From: Selaginella moellendorffii
Lineage: Eukaryota > Plantae > Lycopodiophyta
Direction of reading: 5' to 3'
Assembly (NCBI RefSeq): GCF_000143415.4
Contig: NW_003314321.1
Location: 878,236-942,235 of the forward strand
Length of the DNA stretch: 64,000 bases
In this document: piece after piece, positions 23,280-33,815 of the stretch
How the letters are laid out: every line of letters starts with the position of its first letter
Position numbering within the stretch: the first letter of the stretch is position 1
Made by a program: the position numbers and the translations under genes
The notes under the pieces: generated by a model
Seen by the model: only the letters and a program-made list of their open reading frames with translations
Databases searched by the model: none
What the model was told of the DNA's origin: nothing

Positions 23280-24923
23280 TCAAACCACCAGTGCAAAGCC
23301 ACTAGCATTGGCTGGCTCAGTGTAGAGATTGGAAAGAAGAATGTAGCAAGTTTGAGCGTCTGGATTGATCTCCACTGCCCGGCGAGCGGCTTGGCCGCCT
23401 CGTTCTTCATCGCCATGGGTCTTGGCAGCAGCCAAGAGCATCGTCCACGCAACGCTACTGCTGTGGATCGCGCTGTTCGCAGCAAACGCGATAGCTTCGT
23501 CCAGCCATCCCAATCGCCCAAACACGTCGATCACGCAGCCGTAGTGCTCGTCGACCGGATCAATCCCAAAGTCCTCGACCACCATCCTGAAGTATTCCCA
23601 GCTCTTGCTCGCGAGGCCGGCGTGGCTGCAAGCGCCCAAGACGCTGATGAAGGTAACGTCGCTGGGATCGAAGCCTTCGAGGATCATGGACGTGAAAAGC
23701 TCCAACGCCTTGGTGGATTCTCCTCGCTGCGCGTATACTTCGATCATGGTCGACCAGGAGCTCACGCTTCTACGCTGGATTCGATCAAACACCTCCCTTG
23801 CTCGAGCCAGGCTCCCAGATCTGCCGTGGGTGTTGATCAATGCATTCGCCAAGACAGTGTCCGAGAGGAATCCAGCAGCTTCCACGCGATCGTGGAGGAA
23901 CTTGCCGTGATCTGGAGAAGAAGATCCGGCGCAAGCTTCCAGCAAGCTCAGGAACGTCACCTTGGACGGCTTGAGCCCTTCAAAGTCAAGCCTCTGGAAG
24001 ATCTTGAGTGCTTCTAGAGAACGCCCATTCTGGGCATTTGCAGCGATCATCGCGTTCCACGACACCAAGTTCCTCTCGCTCATCCGATCGAAAACTTCCT
24101 TGGCTCTTGCGACGTCTCCAAACCTTCCATACATACTCAAGACCGCATTGGCGAGATTGAGCTCCATCTCGTGGCCAGCTTCCAGAATTCTTCTGTGGAT
24201 CATCACTCCTTTCTCGTACTGCCCGAGCCCAGCACAGGCATCTAGAAGGGTGATGTGAGTCACAAAGCTCGGCTTCTCGCCCAGCAAATCCATTCCCTGG
24301 AGCATCTTCATGGCGCGATCGTAATGCCTGTTCTCGCAGTAGGCTGCGATCATGGAGCTCCAGGTAACCACATCTCTCTCGCCACACCCATCGAAGATCT
24401 CCTTTGCCCGGCCTAGGAATCCACAGCTAGAGTACATGTGGATGAGAGCGTTCTTGAGAGAAACGTGGTAGTCTTCCGAGCTTTCCTCGATCAAGCAGTG
24501 GAATTGCTTGCCTCTCGTCCCATCCTTGCAGCTCGCGCAGCAATCCAGGACGAGGAGGAAGGTGATTCTATCCGGCCTGTCGCCGAGCTGCTGCATTCTC
24601 GACAAGAACTCGATCGCGCGCTGCTCAGCGCCATTCCGAGAGAATGCCGTGAGGATGTTGTTCCAGGAGAAGACATTTGGGGCGTGGATGCCGTGGAACA
24701 CCGCTAGAGCATCGCCGACGCGGCCGCATTTGCCATACATCTCCACCAGGAGATTTCCAAGGTACCTGTCTCGATCCAAGCCCCTGGCGGCGATGGCGCC
24801 GTGCACGCGCCGGCCCTCCTCTAGATCGCGCGTCGCGAGACATCGCCGTACTGCTGCCTCGAGCGCCGAGTAGCTACGAGCTTCCTCCGACCGATCAAGA
24901 ACCCTAGCTCCTCTCTTGAGCAT
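23280..24923 (-). CDS. PLS-class PPR protein with E domain (547 aa, intronless)
   Basis: P-L-S triplets (GNLLVEMYGKCG, NVFSWN, PDRITFLLVLDCC); C-terminus HYGCVIDVFGRLG..CYILLSNLY. Confidence 0.93.
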   Translation of the reverse strand: MLKRGARVLDRSEEARSYSALEAAVRRCLATRDLEEGRRVHGAIAARGLDRDRYLGNLLVEMYGKCGRVGDALAVFHGIHAPNVFSWNNILTAFSRNGAEQRAIEFLSRMQQLGDRPDRITFLLVLDCCASCKDGTRGKQFHCLIEESSEDYHVSLKNALIHMYSSCGFLGRAKEIFDGCGERDVVTWSSMIAAYCENRHYDRAMKMLQGMDLLGEKPSFVTHITLLDACAGLGQYEKGVMIHRRILEAGHEMELNLANAVLSMYGRFGDVARAKEVFDRMSERNLVSWNAMIAANAQNGRSLEALKIFQRLDFEGLKPSKVTFLSLLEACAGSSSPDHGKFLHDRVEAAGFLSDTVLANALINTHGRSGSLARAREVFDRIQRRSVSSWSTMIEVYAQRGESTKALELFTSMILEGFDPSDVTFISVLGACSHAGLASKSWEYFRMVVEDFGIDPVDEHYGCVIDVFGRLGWLDEAIAFAANSAIHSSSVAWTMLLAAAKTHGDEERGGQAARRAVEINPDAQTCYILLSNLYTEPANASGFALVV

Positions 24924-25061
24924 CCAAAAGCATCATTCCAGCCAAGATCAAGAATATTCTCAAGAAGGTATTATTCAGAAAATATTTCTTAGGGCTTTGC
25001 ACAAGGTATATGCTTGAGGATATTCTTGTCATATAACGTGTCACGAGAATGAAGGGCGGGA

Positions 25062-26883
25062 ATGGAGAGAGGAATTTTGTGCTGTGGCGTTCTTCCTTGG
25101 AAGAGCGCCGCGCGCTCCATTCCATCGATCGATCCACACAAGCGGCGGCTATGGAGGAGCCAGATCTCGGTCCGCGCGAGGAGGGCGCCATCGATCAGGG
25201 CGGCATTTGACGCGGATCTCACAGAGCAAATCTCCGGTCAGGGCAAGCTCCAGTCTCCATTCCAGGTAGCGCTAGGGCTGGGATTTCTCGTGAGCTGGGA
25301 CAGGGCCGTGGCCGGCGCTCTCAGATGGAGTGGAATGCCGGCAGCGGCCAAGAATCTCCCGAGCGCCTCGCTAGGGATGATCTCGCTTGTGGCAGCACTG
25401 CTGGTGCTGGATCGACTCGCGCCAGATGCTTGCAGCGGGGTGAATTCTTTCTTCTTCCCCTCGGTGGAGTTTGTCCAGAGATGGATGCCGCTCTTTTATG
25501 CGCCAGCTCTGGCGATGCTACCGGCGGGAGCCAAGAGCCTCCAAGTCATGGATGGGATCAAAGTGGTTCTTTTGACTGGTAACGTTGTTCTTCGTATTTC
25601 TTCTTTCTTTCTCAGATGGTTTGTTCTTCTTTGTTCTTTGCTCGTAGTTCTTTCGTGGGCTGGGACACTCACAGTCACGACTCTCTTTACCACTCTTGTC
25701 CGGAGACATGCCAAGGCGAGGCTTGAGGAAGCTCCAAGCGGGCTCTCTTTGGCTCCTTTTAGCATATGGGAAGCGATACCATGGCTAGCAATTGGAGCTG
25801 CTGGCTTCATTCTGGTTTACGTCTCGCCAACTTTGCTTGGCTCTCCTGCAAGGACTTTGATCCCGTTTCTACTGTCGTCGACTGTGGTGGGATTTCTTCT
25901 TGGTTCCTTGTGAGTATAATTTTTTCCGATTTTGTTATTACAATTTTTGATAGTAAGTTCCTTTCTCTGTTTGAAGTCTTCCAGGCCCAGTAAAGAGATT
26001 CCTTCATCCAGTCATTACGTGTGCCATCTTTGTAAATGCTGCCGCACTTTTCTTCTCCATAGCAACGGAGAAGCAGTTTCTATCCGTGCTCGGTAAGTTG
26101 TCTCATCTTTTAGTTTCTCCTTGTTTCGAATGTGCAAATTCCAGGTTCGTACATCACGAATAATCTCAAGGATCCAGGTGCTGGGGATGTTCTTCTAGCC
26201 TTGGTTGGACCCCTAGCTATATCATACGGATTCTTGCTCTACCGGCAACGCAGAGTAATACTTTTGTGCTCTTGCTAGCATTTGTCCCTGACTGTTTTCC
26301 TGTTTCGCTTAGATTATTGTTCGGCATGGAATTGAGCTGGCCTCAGTGGTATCGGTGGCTGGTATGGTTTCTTTGCTTATCACGACGTACGCTGGTCGTG
26401 CACTGGATCTCAGCTCTCAGCTCATAAACTCGGTTGCTCCGAGCAACGTAACGTTTGCATTTGCATTGCCGGTAGGCAATCTCTTACAAGGTGAGACGAG
26501 CGTGTCTGACGTAATTTCGATGACTGATCTTTTCATTTTCTGTTTCGACGCAGCAAATCCTTCGCTGGTTGTATCGTGTTGTGTATTGACCGGCATTTTG
26601 GGAGCTAATCTTTCGAGGCCGCTTCTTCTCAAAGCTACAAAGTCCGACGATCCGGTGGTGCGAGGACTGTCAGCTGCTTGCAGGTAAGAATAAGAAAACT
26701 CTTGCATCGTTTCTAAAGTTTGTGATGATTTCTCGGTTCAGTTCTCATGGCTATGGATCGGCGTCAGTCGCTGCGGGAGAGCCGGATTTGCTCCCGCTTT
26801 GTGCCGTCGCTTACATTCTCATGGGAACGTTTTGCTCGCTACTTTGCAGCGTTCCAGCACTGGGACGCATAATATCCAAATAA
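25062..26883 (+). CDS. LrgB-like plastid glycolate/glycerate transporter (PLGG1 family), multi-exon
   Basis: Transit-peptide-like N-terminus; PSASLGM, FVQRWMPLFYAPALAMLP, LPGPVKRFLHPVITCA, GAGDVLLALVGP, LTGILGAN, DDPVVRGLSAACSSHGYGSA; stop at 26881-26883. Confidence 0.88.
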
Positions 26884-26955
26884 TGCGTGTGTGATAGAGT
26901 TTCCCAAAGAACACAACTAATCTAGATTGAATACCCTGAAATATTAAAAAAAGAT

Positions 26956-27022
26956 TGGAGATGCTAGGAATTGAACCCAGTCACTTTTGAAATGTCAAAT
27001 TGTGATGAACCACTACATCCCC
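26956..27022 (-). ncRNA. tRNA-Ala-like cloverleaf lacking an anticodon loop (tRNA-like RNA or degenerate tRNA gene)
   Basis: GGGGATG TA GTGG-TTCA-TCAC AA TTTGA-CATT-TCAAA AGTGA CTGGG-TTCAATT-CCTAG CATCTCC A, followed by ATCTTTTTTT. All four stems pair; G3:U70 and discriminator A present. Confidence 0.7.
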
Positions 27023-27107
27023 TTTCATGATTTACAATTTGATTTATGAAAGTCTATAAATTCTAAACACGTTTAGGAAAATGATTGGATTTCACCGTTT
27101 TTATGAT

Positions 27108-29341
27108 TTATGATTTAATAAATGATTCTTGGACAAGCGTATTGATCCGGCGTAGCTCCGTGATGTGCGCTTCGTCTGGCTCCACTGGTATGATCTTTGC
27201 AGCTTTTCCTTGATTCAACAGCTTGACAACGTTGTTTGCAGCCTCAAGCCCCGTCACATATGCTTTCTCCTACAATGACAAAGTTTTCGTTACATCTTGA
27301 AAGCACCACAGAATCCAGAGTACCTGAGACCAGGAGCCGTGCCGTGTGATGATCCAGTCACCGGCCATAAACAGGTTTGGAAAGCTTGTGGTTCCTCGCA
27401 TCATATGTTGGTACGAGCCTTTCAACATCCACAAATCATATCTTTTGAGCTCGCAAAATTAAAAACAGCTTCTCTCGTACCTGGAGAGAAATGTGTCACG
27501 GCTTTCCGGAAGCGAACCACTGCCTGATCGACAACTTCTGCTGCTGCGAATTCTGGAATGCACTTTGCAAGGTAAGTCACCACCTTTTTCACGATCTGGT
27601 TGTCGCTCAGGGGCAGAAACTGATTGGCATGATACTGAAAATTGGACAAAATACACATCAACCAGCAGGAATGACTTATCAAAACTTACAAAGTCAGCTT
27701 CCACAACAGTTCCTTTTTCGTCCTTGTACTCGTCGTGCAAGGCATTAAGATCAAAGAAAGTCCACCCTGTAGTTTCATCAAATCCGAAACAAGCATTGCT
27801 GGGATGATTTATATCAACCTGACAAAAAAAATTGTTTTGCAGTAAAAGAAGAAACTATGTCAATACCTTACGATCAAGCCAGAGCCGAACGCCAAGGATA
27901 TCTATAGCTCCAAGGTTTTGTATGGCCAGAAACTCCTCGCTCTGTTGCAACGCAGGACTGTAGACACGAGCAAACAACTATATCAATATATGAACCACAA
28001 AATACTGGTTCTCTACCTGGACTCGACAATGCGTTGCATTGCCGTGACACCGACGGAGAAAATAACTGCATCGGCATTGAACAGCTCGTTCCCGCACCTC
28101 ACTCCACTAACTTCCCCAGTAGGTTCGTTGATTGTCAAATCTGTCACTTTTTTGCCACTTAAAAAGCGGCATCCTCGTGCATTTAGCACCTCCAGCCATG
28201 GCTTGAAGATTTTTTCTCCAACTGTTCCACGGCACCAGACAACATCAAAGTCCGACTGCAAATAATAAGATAAACATGACCTGTGAGAACTTTTCACAAG
28301 TTTTAACAAAACCAACAAACCTGATGCGCAAGAATGAAATAGTAGAGCATTCCGAGTGTAGCTGCAGCACTGCATTGTTCTCCAGGCGCGAAAAGTCCAA
28401 CCAGAAGCATTGGGTTGAAGGCATCCTTGTACACTCGCTCCGAGCAACCATAGTTACGAAAGAGCTCACGAGCGGTTGCTAACAACACGACCTTCAAGGA
28501 TTTGCATCGTTTGCAAAGTAGAAATTTCACTCACTTTTATCGTATTTTCTCCAGGCACGGTCGCTGTTGTCGAAATCTACCACCGTATACATGAGTGGAA
28601 GCGCAGTCAATCGGTCCCAAAGCGGAAGCCTGAGGAACTGCGAACATTTCCAATGCATATCACGTCACGGAATGATCAGGAATTCAAACTACCTCAAACG
28701 GTTATGAAGAAACCTGAGTGTATACAAATGTGCCCAAGGGACTTGGCAAACGAGGAAGGTCTTGAAATATTGGAGACTCAACCTGTCAAAAAAGAACAAG
28801 CAAAGAACTAAAAATCTAACAAAGAAATCTAAGAAAACAGAAAAGGATGCTAGTTTACCTCCAAACCATTGGGAGAATACTGTGAAGAGCGTGTCCACTT
28901 TGTAAAAGGCTTGAGTCCGAGCTCATCAACCAGTGAGAAAATATTCTTGTATGGGTACCAAAATCCTGGTCGAAAGAAGATCTAAGCTTTCGAAAAGAAA
29001 ACCAGGAAATCTTTACCGTGAATTCCAACTTCCACCGATCGCCCCGACGCAGTTTTCCATCCAGCAACCAATCCTCCAGGTTGAGCTCCGGCCTCAATCA
29101 ATGTAACATCAAAGCCCTGCATTTTCATCTATAATCCCTTTGCAACAAAAAAGATTCCACTCACTTGTTTGATGAGATGGTGCGCGGCGCCCAAGCCCGC
29201 CCATCCAGCTCCCACTACAATCACCTTCTTCTTCTTATCGATTTCCTGCCTCTCAGCTCTGATCTCACGCCAGCGTCGTCCTCCCCGTCGCCGATTGGAG
29301 ATCGCGGAGCTCCACAGCGGGAATGCGCTCGTCGTGGCCAT
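27108..29341 (-). CDS. Plastid-targeted FAD-dependent amine oxidase / carotenoid-desaturase-superfamily oxidoreductase, multi-exon
   Basis: Transit peptide, then VIVVGAGWAGLGAAHHL (GxGxxG), GGLVAGW, GFWYPYKNIF, CSAAATLGMLYYFILAHQ, FMAGDWIITRHGSWSQEKAYVTGLEAAN; stop TAA 27110..27108. Confidence 0.88.
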
Positions 29342-29413
29342 ACAAAAACCCTATCTCGCTAGGCCGGGATGTTTAAATCCCTGGAAATGGATATTCTCTC
29401 TAACATTCATCCA

Positions 29414-29486
29414 TCCGTTGTAGTCTAGTTGGTCAGGATATTCGGCTCTCACCCGAAAGACCCGGGTTCAATTCCCGGCAACGGAA
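29414..29486 (+). tRNA. trnE-CTC: tRNA-Glu (CTC)
   Basis: TCCGTTG...CAACGGA acceptor stem; anticodon arm TTCGG-CTCTCAC-CCGAA; T arm CCGGG-TTCAATT-CCCGG; TTTT shortly downstream. Confidence 0.97.
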
Positions 29487-29589
29487 AAATTTTAGTCTTG
29501 GAAGTTTTTGATAAGCTCTACAAAAAATCCCCCAAAATAATTCGTGATCATTCTTGCTGCTTGTGATCTTCGAGTACGGAGCAATTTAA

Positions 29590-29790
29590 AAAATGGCACA
29601 GGACGAGACGAACTTTACGAGATAAGAGTGCTCGTTCACCTCTAGAAGTTGACAAAGTAAAAGTAAACACACCTCACTTAGAAACTCGACATTCTCCAAA
29701 GAGACGTTGCACAGCGATGTGATCTCTTCTAGAACTTGCGCATCCTGTAAAATATCTTAGAGAGATTGCTGCTAACCTTTTTTCTCCTTA
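29590..29790 (-). pseudogene. Decayed duplicate fragment of the Abitram-like gene (copy of ~33060-33360)
   Basis: Blocks aatggcaca..gacgaactttacgagata, gctcgttcacctctagaagttg, ctagaacttgcgcatcctgtaa and gctgctaaccttttttctcc are shared with 33060-33360, with deletions. Confidence 0.8.
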
Positions 29791-29888
29791 GGTGTGAACA
29801 ATCTTCTCCACGACAAGTCAGTATGTGATAAGGCACGACGGTTAGGGCAACATTCTCATCTCACCGTCTTCCTACAGGCACGCCCACT

Positions 29889-30258
29889 ATGGACGTGATT
29901 GATCTCGAGATTGGAAACAAGATCTACATTTCCAATCTCGACGAGTACGCCACCAACGAGGACCTACAGGTTTCTCCAAATTTTTAACTTTCTCTCTTCT
30001 CTAACAAGGACACACTCTTGTTCAGGAACTCTTTTCTGAAATAGGAGAACTCAAGAGTTGGAGGGTGCACCGCGACAAACTGGGAAATTCAAGAGTAAGT
30101 CCAAATCAAAACTGCACATATATTACTATCCAAACCGATCCATCTCTCAGGGAACAGCGGAGGTCGTCTTCGCACGCCGAAGTGATGCTGAGAGAGCCAA
30201 GAAGCTCTACAACAATGTCATGCTTGGTATCAAGAGACTCAGGATTGAGATTGCGTAG
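29889..30258 (+). CDS. Minimal single-RRM protein, ALY/THO4-like (85 aa). Exons 29889..29969, 30026..30094, 30151..30258; may be a gene fragment
   Basis: GNKIYISNLDEYATNEDLQ|ELFSEIGELKSWRVHRDKLGNSR|GTAEVVFARRSDAERAKKLYNNVML; two phase-0 GT-AG introns. Confidence 0.7.
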
Positions 30259-30439
30259 AAGCGTAGGAACCTGCTCTGTGCATCTTCTCCAAAACTCGGA
30301 AAATTTGTGAATCGACCTCAAGCTTGCTGCTTCAATTTTTTTTTCCTTAAGAAAAAAGGGGTATATAAATATTCTACAATATTTTTTATATTCTAGAATG
30401 AAACATAATATATTATTAACCTTTAATCCCCTTGATCTC

Positions 30440-32860
30440 ATCCGCGCGACGTCGATTTCGACTACATCAATGTGCTCCAGGACGACACCTTGTCAGGCGA
30501 GAATGCGTACGAAGCTCTCGGCCGCTGCTCGTCAACGGGGTAAGAGTTTCTTCCTTGCTCCTAGGATCTAGAACGATTGCGCAGCTAGAAATTTTATTAG
30601 GAAGAATGAATTGGAGAAGTTCTGAGTAGTACAAGGATGGAATTTTTCATAGAGTTTTTTGGTGCTTGTGTTCCAGTTTTGCAAGAAGCTTGCTGAGAAA
30701 TTCTACCGAGGAAGTATTGACGAGAACAAATTATCGGTGCGAAGTCTGGCTGCTCTGGTGCGCATTTCAGAGGTCTCCGTAGCTCCGAGGCTGCAAGCAC
30801 AGCAGGAAGATCTTCTCCCGCAAATCTCCGAGTGCGACCAGGTAAAGCTCGAAAAAGAAGAACGGCAGAAAAGGGTTTGTGTCTTGTTTCTTGTTTGTTC
30901 TTCTTTCTTTTCTAGCACCTTTCATTTCTCTTGTGATACACAGGCAGACTACGAAGCGGATGTTGCTGCCTGGGATGGCTAGTCTTTACGTGACTCACAA
31001 CACGGACGGAGATGCCACCCTACCGAAAGATAGATAGAGAACTTTAGCATCTCTATGGGCGGAAGGGCCTATCAACAGTGCATCTGTCACGCTTGCTTAT
31101 GGTCGAAGATATGGTGAGCATTTTCGTTTTGTGTTCCATAACTCGAATTGATCGAGTGGTGTGGCTTAAGGTCTTGTTGGGAGAAACGGCCAGCAAGAGG
31201 TGGTTAATGCAAAGAACCAGTGCGGCTTACATATTAGCTATAAGTAGCAATGTTTTCTCCAAATTGTCGGTCCTGAAAAGCTGTTGCAGGGTCTGAGCTC
31301 TACGTCCGACATGCAAGTTTGAGAAACTAAGACTTTCTTTGGAAGCTGGCGTATGCGGATACCATTGTTTATACAGCCCGACCTGCTGCTGCTCGACGAA
31401 CCAACGCTGCGTTAACATACTTGTCTTGCTTTGTGTTAAAATCAAATACCTGCAGAATCATTTGGACCTCAGTATTGTGGCTAGAGACGTATCTTTTGAA
31501 GTGGCCGAGGACACTCATCGTTGTGTCGGGCACGAGCTGTTACAACTGGTCAACTGAATGTCAAGACAGGCGAACCTGGATGTGCGCTCGAGTACGCTCA
31601 TTCGATTCGTGTGGCTTCTATTGATTTGCTAGACGTTCTGCGCGCGTCCGCTCGAATGTGTCGTAATCTACTTTGTAAGTGACTAACTTTTGCCCTTGCA
31701 AATGTAGTATATCTCCACCTGTGCTACCAGCTCGATAGATTTCGAAACACATTCAAACATCCTGCATTGAGAAAATTTCTAGCATGTATTTGCAGGCATT
31801 CGTGGAAAAGTTTAGATACAATGCAAAACGTGTGTCGCTGGTTCAGTCGAGAATCAAAGTAAGCGCATGCCTTCGTCACGATTTTTATCTTATAATTGTG
31901 TGGATTTCTAGGCTTTGGATCGGACCGGATACGTGGATGCCGTTGTGAATGATAGGGAGTATGTTTTGTGCTCGGTCTTTTCTCCAAGTTTGAGTTCCCA
32001 ACTCCCGGCGATAGACCATCTGGCTCCACCATTAGCTTCAGGTGACTAATCTATGACTTGCGTCGTAATTGACTTTAAAAATGCTCTACAGTGGCGCGTC
32101 ATTTGGATATCCAGGAGGCCCAGTCCTCTCTAGAAACGTGAACATTGGCCTCGACTTGGACAGTCGCCTAGCTGGTAATGTTATAACGGCTCTAAAGTTT
32201 GATATTCAGTTGTTGGTGCTAATGGTATTGGCAAGTCAACACTGCTGAAGCTGATCTCTGGTGAATTGGAGCTTATGTCTGGAACTGTTTTTCGGTCTCC
32301 ACAGGTACGCCTGGTTTGATTCTTAGGTTCCAGGTGCGCATGGCTGTTTTTATTCAGCACTATGTAGACGGCCTTGACGTTTCATCAACGCTACATGTCA
32401 CGTTGTTTCCCTGTAAGTACTCGTCTTGCGTGTTATCAGTCTATGACCGTTCATTGGTAATTGGTACAGGGTGCTCCAGAGCAACTCACTTGGTCTCTTG
32501 GGAAACATGGCGCTTCAAGCCATGTATACTCTATCAGGTAACACATGAACTACTTGTTTCCTTGACTAAAAGTTTTTAGTTGTGTGGCATTTGCAAAGAT
32601 CACATTCAACAAACCACACATTCTTTTACTGGATGTTCAAATCACCTTGTAAGAATCTTCTATTGTCTTTCTTGATATTGCCATGCTTATAGGACCTTGA
32701 TGCCATGGAAGCACTTATGCAAGGCCTAGCACTCTTTCAGGGAGGAAGCATTTAGCACTCTTTCAGGGAGGTGTTTTAATGGTATGAGTTACGAAGTATT
32801 GTTTTCCTGATGAATTCTTCCAGTTCGTCAACAAAGGTGGCCTCAAGCAGAGGTCCCTCA
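30440..32860 (+). pseudogene. ABC transporter F family (ABCF3/GCN20-like) pseudogene with deletions, frameshifts and retained introns
   Basis: Remnants IENFSISMGGR, PDLLLLDEPT, YLLKWPRTLIVVS, FGYPGGPVL, GANGIGKSTLLKLISGEL, VAFAKITFNKPHILLLD and DLDAMEALMQGLALFQGG, broken by stops. Confidence 0.85.
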
Positions 32861-32908
32861 CGAAGAAAAGTAGCTCTGCAAAAAATTGGAGAAGAGATGG
32901 ATAGATGA

Positions 32909-33746
32909 TCATTCCTGTTGCATTCTTTGCTGCTTGTATTGCTCTCGAGTGAGGAGTGATTTCTCGGCCTTTTTCCATGCTTCTGGCTTTGGCATTAGAA
33001 TCGCAATGTAGCCTTGCGAGGCTGGCTGCCAAAAGAAAAAGGAGATAATGAGCTCTAAGAATGGCACAAAAGAAGACGAACTTTACGAGATAGTAGCGAA
33101 GGATCGCTTGTCAAGCGCTCGTTCACCTCTAGAAGTTGCCCTCTTATGCAACACCTGCAAAGAAGAAAAACATAAAATCGAGATCTACAGCACAAGAAAA
33201 CGTCCACAAACCTCACTAGAAACTCGGCATCCTCCGAGGAAACCTTGCACAGGGATGAATTCTCTTCTAGAACTTGCGCATCCTGTAAGATTTGTCGTGA
33301 AGAATCACTTGCTATCGATCTAGAGCATTGAGAGCTTGCTGCTGCTAACCTTTTTTCTCCTTCCACTGGCTTTCATGTCAGCACGGCTCTTCTTTCCAAC
33401 ATCGTAGTCTACGATTTTGATCTTCGATGGAGAGCGCAAAGCCAAATGAGAGGGAGCCAGTCCTACAACACACAGTCTACACGCAGCTAAGAGAGAAAAC
33501 TTGAAAGATCGATGAGTTACACACCCGTTTCCATGGCGGTAGAGGTACTGATCGTGAAATTCCTTGCCTCCCACATCTGAGTGAGCAAGGGAATGAAATT
33601 ATAAACAGGAAAACGCGAGAGATTTTCTTACCAAGCGCGAAGTAGTGCGTGAAATTCGTCTCATGTGCTGGAGGAGCCCTGGGAGGGAGCTCGTGAGCCC
33701 GTGGATACAGCGCCAGCACGGCATTCTCCTCCTCTTTGTCGTCCAT
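32909..33746 (-). CDS. Abitram/FAM206A (Simiate)-like protein, multi-exon
   Basis: HDQYLYRHGNG|LCVVGLAPSH, SGRRKK, LCKV, RCCIRGQLLEVNERL..PSLL, GYIAILMPKP; GT-AG introns; stop at 32911..32909. Confidence 0.85.
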
Positions 33747-33815
33747 TTCTTTCTTTCCCCTCCTCAAGAACCCTAAATTTCAGGATTTTAGGGTTCTTAT
33801 TATTGGAGCGGAGCA

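Noticed and set aside
23268-24017. Antisense ORFs over PPR, PUB, DUF677 and RLP genes (also 16970..17737, 8141..8983, 39728..40369)
   Set aside because: Shadow frames of GC-rich coding sequence with no recognisable motifs.
26956-27022. Calling this element a functional decoding tRNA-Ala
   Set aside because: The anticodon loop is only 4 nt and the A-box/D-loop is non-canonical. An alternative GATG/CATC pairing would disrupt the acceptor stem.
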